Shown one piece after another: positions 58,533-64,000 of a stretch of DNA of 64,000 bases. The notes under the pieces were generated by a model. The model had not been told where the DNA came from. It ran no database searches and was given only the letters and a program-made list of their open reading frames with translations. How positions within the stretch are numbered: position 1 is the first letter of the stretch; each line of letters starts with the position of its first letter. Origin of the DNA: a bacterium (GTDB lineage Bacteria > Patescibacteriota > Minisyncoccia > Phycocordibacterales > Phycocordibacteraceae); contig JAHFMR010000004.1 in assembly GCA_023267755.1 (NCBI GenBank), positions 8,535 to 72,534 on the forward strand. Direction: 5' to 3'. The translations under genes and the position numbers were made by a program.

Positions 58533-59519
58533 TTGAATATACACGGCTTCGGAAATGACACTTCTGTGGATAGTCTTCCGGCGTATATACTAGGCGATAT
58601 GTCCACCCGCCTCAGCCGTGCTCTCGTTGCACTCGTCTTCGCGCTCGCCGCGGGCGGCGCGGGGTATACACTCGGAAACGATAGTGCTCCCAGACAGGTC
58701 GCAAGTGTCGCGATACCAGTACAGACCGTCACTGTGCCACTTACTGGCACTACTCGTGTCATATACAGTCTTGATCAGAAACGTAATGATAAAGAGCTTA
58801 TTGCGCTCATCGACGCGGCGAAGACGCATATCTATTTTGCTATCTACGAATTCACACTCAAGGATGTCGCCGATGCACTCGTGGCGGCCAAGAAACGCGG
58901 TGTCGAGGTCCGCGGGCTCGTCGACGCCGGTGAGAGTGCTAAGAGCTACGATAAGCCGATTATGAACGAGCTTGCTACTGCCGGTATTCCTATCGAAACA
59001 CAGAAGCACGCGAGTGGTAATGGCATTATGCATATCAAGCTTCTCGTCACCGACTCGGCGTATGCACTCGGAAGCTACAACTGGACCAGCTCCGCGACAA
59101 ACGTGAACGATGAGATTCTCGAAATAGGCACCGACCCAGGTCTCCGGCAGGCATATGAGAATATCCTGACGAGACTACTCGATGCCTACAAGGGCAACAG
59201 CGTGGCCGCGGGAGCGGCCACGAATATTTCTATCGGCACTATCGATTATACTGAAGCCGCTAAACACATCGGCGCTACCGCGAGCGTGCGCGGCACGCTC
59301 GTCGAGGCCTATACCTCGGCGAGCGGAACGGTCTTCCTCGATTTCTGTAAGAGCTACAAGACCTGCCCTTTCTCGGGTGTCATCTTCGCTGACGATGTAA
59401 AAGCATTTGGCGACCTCTCTTCCCTCGCCGGCAAGACTATCACCCTCACCGGCTCCATCTCCTCCTATCAAGGTAAAGCCGAGATCGTCCTCTCCGACCC
59501 GAGCCAGCTCACAAAATAG
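58533..59519 (+). CDS. Membrane-anchored phospholipase D-like (HKD) nuclease-family protein
   Basis: HKD motif MHIKLLVTDSAYALGSYNWT; N-terminal TM. Confidence 0.6.
   Translation: MNIHGFGNDTSVDSLPAYILGDMSTRLSRALVALVFALAAGGAGYTLGNDSAPRQVASVAIPVQTVTVPLTGTTRVIYSLDQKRNDKELIALIDAAKTHIYFAIYEFTLKDVADALVAAKKRGVEVRGLVDAGESAKSYDKPIMNELATAGIPIETQKHASGNGIMHIKLLVTDSAYALGSYNWTSSATNVNDEILEIGTDPGLRQAYENILTRLLDAYKGNSVAAGAATNISIGTIDYTEAAKHIGATASVRGTLVEAYTSASGTVFLDFCKSYKTCPFSGVIFADDVKAFGDLSSLAGKTITLTGSISSYQGKAEIVLSDPSQLTK
59479..59519. repeat. Left copy of 41-bp imperfect direct repeat flanking the mazF-like cassette (right copy 60027..60067)
   Basis: aaagccgagatcgtcctctccga[ct]ccgag[ct]cag[ct]t[cg]ac, 37/41 identical. 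Confidence 0.8.
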
Positions 59520-59540
59520 ATTGAGTGATAAAATCATCGT

Positions 59541-59930
59541 ATGAAAGATTTTGACTCTTGGAACGAAATTAAAAAGAAGATCGATAGCGAGACTGATGCC
59601 CCAGACAGATTCCCAAAAGAAGGTGAAGTGTGGATGAGTAATCTTGGCCGGAATGTCGGATTTGAACAGAATGGCGGTGGCGATAATTTCTCACGACCAA
59701 TTTTAGTTATCAAAAAATTCAACAACCATATGTTTTGGTGCGTTCCTCTCTCGACAAAACAGAAGCCGCTCGACTTCTATTTCAATTTTACTGATCCGCA
59801 CAATCAGAAAGTCTCTGCTATTCTCGCGCAAATCCGATTGATGAGTGTGAAGAGACTGCGACGAAAGCTGTACGAACTTAACAGTGAGATTCTTGATGGA
59901 ATCAGAACGGCGCTCAAATCGTTTCTATGA
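59541..59930 (+). CDS. MazF/PemK-family endoribonuclease toxin-like protein in a low-GC cassette; no adjacent canonical antitoxin
   Basis: EGEVWMSNLGRNVGFEQNGGGDNFSRPILVIKKFNNHMFWCVPLSTKQK matches the MazF/Kid fold signature. Confidence 0.65.
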   Translation: MKDFDSWNEIKKKIDSETDAPDRFPKEGEVWMSNLGRNVGFEQNGGGDNFSRPILVIKKFNNHMFWCVPLSTKQKPLDFYFNFTDPHNQKVSAILAQIRLMSVKRLRRKLYELNSEILDGIRTALKSFL

Positions 59931-59937
59931 AAACTCG

Positions 59938-59963
59938 AAGCCCCGCCAATTGGCGGGGCTTCT
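59938..59963 (+). terminator. Hairpin after the mazF-like gene (weak, no T-tract)
   Basis: GAAGCCCCGCC-AATT-GGCGGGGCTTC. Confidence 0.4.
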
Positions 59964-60011
59964 CGGAGCCTTGCGGCACTTTATACCCACAGTGTAGCGC
60001 GATACTATCCT

Positions 60012-60419
60012 GTGTCAAGCGAAGCCAAAAGCCGAGATCGTCCTCTCCGATCCGAGTCAGTTGACGCGGTAGACACTTCGTGCTTTACTCACGCTGGACG
60101 ATTTGATCCGCAATCTAAGGAGACGACTGTGAGTGATAGCGACGAAGTCGCCGACGGCCAAGAACTGGCTATCGAGATGGCACGTGAACTGTACAAAGCA
60201 AACCCCGACCATGATCTGTTGCGCCTGTTCCCGAAGACCGAATTGACCGATGAGGAGTACGATCCGATCTGGGAGGAATTCCAGCAGCACTTCGGCAAGC
60301 CTGGCATCAGCCGCGAAGTGCGCGCCACCTACCCCGCGCAGGCATACTTCTGGGCGAAATACTTCCTCGCTCTGAAGAAAGCTGTCGAGGAACTTGCTCC
60401 ACAGGCCCTATCCGCCTGA
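60012..60419 (+). CDS. Acidic hypothetical protein (start uncertain; 5' end overlaps the right direct repeat)
   Basis: ORF track only. Confidence 0.3.
   Translation: MSSEAKSRDRPLRSESVDAVDTSCFTHAGRFDPQSKETTVSDSDEVADGQELAIEMARELYKANPDHDLLRLFPKTELTDEEYDPIWEEFQQHFGKPGISREVRATYPAQAYFWAKYFLALKKAVEELAPQALSA
60027..60067. repeat. Right copy of the 41-bp direct repeat
   Basis: See 59479..59519. Confidence 0.8.
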
Positions 60420-60522
60420 TGATGTCTTATCCGTGCGCCGACTCAAGGGTCGGCGCGTTTTGTTTATCTCGGCAGAAGTTGCGTATTCGCTCGTTTTTAT
60501 GCTATAGTAGCGAGTACTTCCA

Positions 60523-61089
60523 GTGGCTACTGACCGAATTCGCATCAATAACGAGATCCGCGCACAAGAACTGCGCGTTATTGGCGCACAGGGTGAAAAC
60601 TTGGGCGTCCTCTCCCTCGAGGCCGCTCTGGCGGCCGCCAAGACCGCCGGGACCGATCTTATCGAAATTTCGCCCTCGGCCGTCCCGCCCGTTGCGAAGA
60701 TTATGGATTATGGTAAATTTGAATACGAGCGCAGTAAGAAGGAAAAGGCAGCAAAAGCCAAGGTAAAAGTCTCGGAAACCAAGGAGGTCCAGATCAAGGT
60801 GGGTACCGGAGACGGCGATATGGCGCTGAAGGCTAAGAAGGCCGCCGAGTGGCTCGCCGAGGGCCACCGGGTGCGTGCCGAACTCTTCTTGAAAGGCCGC
60901 TACAAGGGTATGGAGGAGAAGTTCCTGAAGGATCGCCTTGAGAAATTTCTTCTCCGTGTCCCGTATGCTTATAAGGTCGCTGAGCCAATAGCGCGGAGCC
61001 CCAAGGGCTTTGCTGGCGTTATCGAGCGAGACCTGATAGCTCAAGCGAAGCGTGAGAAAGAATCCAAACCGAAAAATGAAAACCAATAA
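60523..61089 (+). CDS. infC: Translation initiation factor IF-3 (GTG start)
   Basis: [25 protein letters not shown]...[18 protein letters not shown]. Confidence 0.9.
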   Translation: MATDRIRINNEIRAQELRVIGAQGENLGVLSLEAALAAAKTAGTDLIEISPSAVPPVAKIMDYGKFEYERSKKEKAAKAKVKVSETKEVQIKVGTGDGDMALKAKKAAEWLAEGHRVRAELFLKGRYKGMEEKFLKDRLEKFLLRVPYAYKVAEPIARSPKGFAGVIERDLIAQAKREKESKPKNENQ

Positions 61090-61267
61090 ATCTTATTCCA
61101 AGAGAATCCGCGTCACTCGCAATGGCAAGCTCGTTGCGCGCGCCAAGGGTCAGAACCATTTCAATGCAAAGGAGAGCGGCTCATCGCGCTCGGCAAAACG
61201 CCGCACGGTCACTCTTTCTCTTACCGCAAAGGTCCGCCGCCGCTTCCTGCCGGCGACCGGTGCTTAA
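61076..61267 (+). CDS. rpmI: 50S ribosomal protein L35
   Basis: [29 protein letters not shown]; overlaps infC end. Confidence 0.8.
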   Translation: MKTNKSYSKRIRVTRNGKLVARAKGQNHFNAKESGSSRSAKRRTVTLSLTAKVRRRFLPATGA

Positions 61268-61286
61268 TCCTCGTAATTAATACCGT

Positions 61287-61634
61287 ATGACAAGAATCAA
61301 AGGAGGGGTGATGGCGCTTAAGAAGCGCAACAATGTCTTGGAGCGAGCCAAGGGTTACCGCGGCCTCCGTTCTAAGAAGAAGAACTATGCGCACGAGGCG
61401 CTTATGCGTGCCGGCCGCTACGCCTTCGCCCATCGTCGCGACAAGAAGACGGTCTTCCGCCAGCTCTGGATTGTCCGCCTCAACGCCGCGGTCCGCGAGG
61501 CCGGACACAAGTCCTACTCTGTCTTCATTGCCAAATTGAAGAAGGCTGGCTTTGGTCTCGACCGTAAGGTCCTCGCCGAGTTTGCCTCTGATCGCCCCGA
61601 GATCTTCGAACGCATCTCTAAACAGGTCGTCTAA
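61287..61634 (+). CDS. rplT: 50S ribosomal protein L20
   Basis: ERAKGYRGLRSKKKNYAHEALMRAGRYAFAHRRDKK. Confidence 0.9.
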   Translation: MTRIKGGVMALKKRNNVLERAKGYRGLRSKKKNYAHEALMRAGRYAFAHRRDKKTVFRQLWIVRLNAAVREAGHKSYSVFIAKLKKAGFGLDRKVLAEFASDRPEIFERISKQVV

Positions 61635-61640
61635 ATACTC

Positions 61641-61664
61641 AAAACCGCCCTTACGGGCGGTTTT
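61641..61664. terminator. Bidirectional terminator between rplT and the convergent MBL gene
   Basis: AAAACCGCCC-TTAC-GGGCGGTTTT. Confidence 0.75.
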
Positions 61665-61667
61665 GAT

Positions 61668-63056
61668 TTACATCTTCGTCACTGACTCTTTGGTAATCTC
61701 CCAGATCTGCCCCGCTTCAGCCACCACAGCGCGGGCGCCGAGATAGTCGTGGATGCGCTGCGCGAGGAATCGCTCGGAAGAGGGCTCGCCGAGGCCGACA
61801 AAAATCGTCTTGGTCCGCTTTCCTGCGAGCGCTGCCTCTGCGAACTTGAGGAGTTCGTCGCGATCGGCGTGCGCTGACCAGCCTTCCAGGTTTTCTATCT
61901 TGGCCTTTATCCGCACATCGTTCCCGCTGATACGCACGCTCGAGGCGCCCTCCATCATCCGCCGCCCCGGAGTACCGGGTGCCTGGTAGCCGACCATAAA
62001 GAGCGTTGTGGAGGGGTCAGGCAGGTAACGCGTCTCCCAGCGGCCGATGCGGCCGCCGTGACTCATCCCCGCGCCAGCGATGATAATCTTGGGTCCCGGC
62101 ACCTCTTCTATCGCCGCTGACTCCTGACGCGAGAGAGTCTGCTTCAAGAATGGGAACTCGAAGATGCTCCCCTCTCGCTTCATCTCGTCCTCGGTCTCGC
62201 TCTTGAAATAGGTCATCCCCCACTTCTCATACACCGCGGTCACGTGTATCGCGAGCGGTGAGTCGAGGAAGACGGGGATCTTGGGCAGGTCGCCTGCAGA
62301 AAAGAAGTTGGAGAGCTCGTAGAGCATCAGCTGGGTGCGCTCGAGCGAGAAGGCGGGGATGAGGATAGTACCGCCGCGCGCTATGGCCGCCTTAAGTGCC
62401 TCAAGCAGGATCTCAACACGCCGCTTCACCTCTGGGTGATTCCGGTCGCCATAAACGCTCTCCATCAGGAGCGCGTCGGCGTCTGGTACTGGCTCCCAGT
62501 CGGGCAGGAGCGGCGAGGGTGAGTTGCCGATGTCGCCCGTGAGCGCGAGTGTGACACCCTCTTCATCGGTAATCCGCACACTCGCCGAGCCGAGGATGTG
62601 GCCCGTGTTACGCAGGTAGACCGAGAGTCCGGGTGCAACCTCCTTTTCCTGATGGTAGTCGAGTGTCTCGATAAGCGCACAGGCCGCATCGACGTCCTGC
62701 TCCTGATAGAGCGGCGGTCGGCCGAGGCGGGAGGCTTCTTCCCCGAGGATACCGACCGAGTCGCGCATAATGAGCTCGGCGAGATCCTTGGTCGGCGCTG
62801 TCATATAGATCTTCCCGTGGAAACCGTCCCGGACGAGCTTCGGGATAAGCCCTACGTGGTCGAGATGCGCGTGCGTCACCACGAGCGCATCCACCGTCTT
62901 GGCGTCGTAGGGAAATGGCCCATACACCTCTTCTACCGCAAAGTCGCCGCCCTGTTCGATGCCGCAATCGACTAAGAGCTTTCCGTGTGCGCCCTCAATC
63001 AAAAAATTAGACCCCGTCACCTTCCCCGCTCCGCCACAGAATGTAAGACGCATCAT
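61668..63056 (-). CDS. MBL-fold metallo-hydrolase of the beta-CASP RNA-metabolising family
   Basis: VVTHAHLDHVGLIP (HxHxDH), beta-CASP motifs; 462 aa. Confidence 0.75.
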   Translation of the reverse strand: MMRLTFCGGAGKVTGSNFLIEGAHGKLLVDCGIEQGGDFAVEEVYGPFPYDAKTVDALVVTHAHLDHVGLIPKLVRDGFHGKIYMTAPTKDLAELIMRDSVGILGEEASRLGRPPLYQEQDVDAACALIETLDYHQEKEVAPGLSVYLRNTGHILGSASVRITDEEGVTLALTGDIGNSPSPLLPDWEPVPDADALLMESVYGDRNHPEVKRRVEILLEALKAAIARGGTILIPAFSLERTQLMLYELSNFFSAGDLPKIPVFLDSPLAIHVTAVYEKWGMTYFKSETEDEMKREGSIFEFPFLKQTLSRQESAAIEEVPGPKIIIAGAGMSHGGRIGRWETRYLPDPSTTLFMVGYQAPGTPGRRMMEGASSVRISGNDVRIKAKIENLEGWSAHADRDELLKFAEAALAGKRTKTIFVGLGEPSSERFLAQRIHDYLGARAVVAEAGQIWEITKESVTKM

Positions 63057-63065
63057 TTCTCTATG

Positions 63066-63431
63066 CTACGCTACAACCTTCTCGACCCGTAAGAGGCGAC
63101 GCTCGTGATCGAAGATCTGTTCACCATTCTCCTCGAGCATCTCGGCGACATCTTCGACTCTGTTTTGAGTATTGATAAGCCGTCGATCGATATCATTCAG
63201 TCGATCAGTGAGATTCTCTTGTCCCTCGTATAAAGCGGTGATGATCTTCTCGTGCCGATCAAACTTTTCTTCATTCCGAGCAAAACCGGTTTGCACAGCC
63301 TCAGTTAAATCCTGCAAAGATTCAGTCAGACTATCCATCTTGCCGGTCAGTCCATCTACGACTCCCATCACGTCCGATATAGTCGGCTCTTTCTTCGTCA
63401 TCTTTTTGACCTTCTTCATGACGGCTATCAT
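63066..63431 (-). CDS. Coiled-coil hypothetical protein
   Basis: ORF track; heptad-rich. Confidence 0.35.
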   Translation of the reverse strand: MIAVMKKVKKMTKKEPTISDVMGVVDGLTGKMDSLTESLQDLTEAVQTGFARNEEKFDRHEKIITALYEGQENLTDRLNDIDRRLINTQNRVEDVAEMLEENGEQIFDHERRLLRVEKVVA

Positions 63432-63455
63432 AGCACGGACCGCCCATCGGGCGGC

Positions 63456-64000
63456 TTATGGTGTATCGCTAATACCCAAAGCGGCTCTTAGTCGCTCAAC
63501 TTCTTTTTTATCTCGAGTTTCTGAAAATCCATTTAGTAATTCTTTGATCTTCTTTCCTGTTTCCCTTTCCTCTTCCGTGAGCGGAACCAATTCTGTTCCT
63601 ATCGGCTTAATTGAAGAGTCGAAGCTGTGTTCTACTTCATCACGGTACACATCTTTAAGTTTTGGGGTGCGCAATATATCCCCTTTAAAATCAGTGAGAG
63701 GCAATGCTTCAGTGCCGTTGATAAGCCAACCAGTCCCTGTCTCGTCAATGCGGACTTTTGCCCCCGGATTACTTTCGCCTGGGAATTGAATCAATTCTCT
63801 TGGCACAGAATATCTAAAGCCAGCATCACCAGGTTTCCAAAACTGGCCAACCGGAAAAATAGAAAGGCAAGGGCCGCTTCTTTGTTGCACTCCTTTTTCG
63901 GGGGATTCCAAAACAGCTAGCGCGCCCTCCATGCCTCCATTTAACCCGTGATACAACTCTACAGAACCACTAGATGAAATGTTCTTCTCTTCTTCGATAA
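63456..64000 (-). CDS. Hypothetical protein, low-GC, continues beyond the right window edge
   Basis: ORF track; AT-rich composition distinct from the window. Confidence 0.3.
   Translation of the reverse strand, partial: IEEEKNISSSGSVELYHGLNGGMEGALAVLESPEKGVQQRSGPCLSIFPVGQFWKPGDAGFRYSVPRELIQFPGESNPGAKVRIDETGTGWLINGTEALPLTDFKGDILRTPKLKDVYRDEVEHSFDSSIKPIGTELVPLTEEERETGKKIKELLNGFSETRDKKEVERLRAALGISDTP

Overview
This 64 kb window is a gene-dense bacterial chromosomal segment with high GC overall. The coding style (reduced proteins, many type IV pilus genes, tRNA oddities) is compatible with a streamlined CPR/Patescibacteria-like lineage, but that cannot be proven from sequence alone. The genetic code is standard: TGA is used as a stop in several ATGA-coupled gene pairs.

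Contents, left to right:
- A truncated prfB (RF2) gene and a four-tRNA cluster.
- A minus-strand operon: flavin transferase (ApbE), Leu/Phe-type amino-acid dehydrogenase, PaaK-like adenylate-forming ligase, ThiF/E1-like protein, tandem-nitroreductase protein and a sensor histidine kinase.
- A central-metabolism block: glycerate kinase, ppsA, eno, thrC and a D-2-hydroxyacid dehydrogenase.
- An FMN-binding (flavinylation motif) protein followed by a membrane-anchored FNR-like reductase.
- cspA, a GH25-like muramidase and an Ala/Thr-rich secreted protein.
- A low-GC, repeat-bracketed island sitting next to an initiator-like tRNA(CAU) gene that is split by a ~250 nt group I intron.
- A TM+HEPN protein, gatCA and ligA.
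- A large type IV pilus/competence cluster: pseudopilins, pilD, two pilins, pilC, pilT, a response regulator, pilB, pilMNO and comFC.
- tRNA-Ser, a MacAB-like efflux system, groESL, secG, an oligopeptide-binding protein, RNase J, an MFS transporter and two HhH-GPD DNA glycosylases.
- A VKOR homologue, a DedA-family protein, an FMN reductase, a PLD-like nuclease and a low-GC MazF-like toxin cassette flanked by 41-bp direct repeats.
- infC-rpmI-rplT and a beta-CASP metallo-hydrolase.

The most notable observations are:
- the intron-containing initiator tRNA with its associated repeat family and island;
- a prfB that lacks the canonical +1 frameshift site and instead has two in-frame UGAs;
- the dehydrogenase / PaaK-like / E1-like / nitroreductase / histidine-kinase operon;
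- pilin paralogs with near-identical 5' nucleotide segments;
- the mazF-like insertion.
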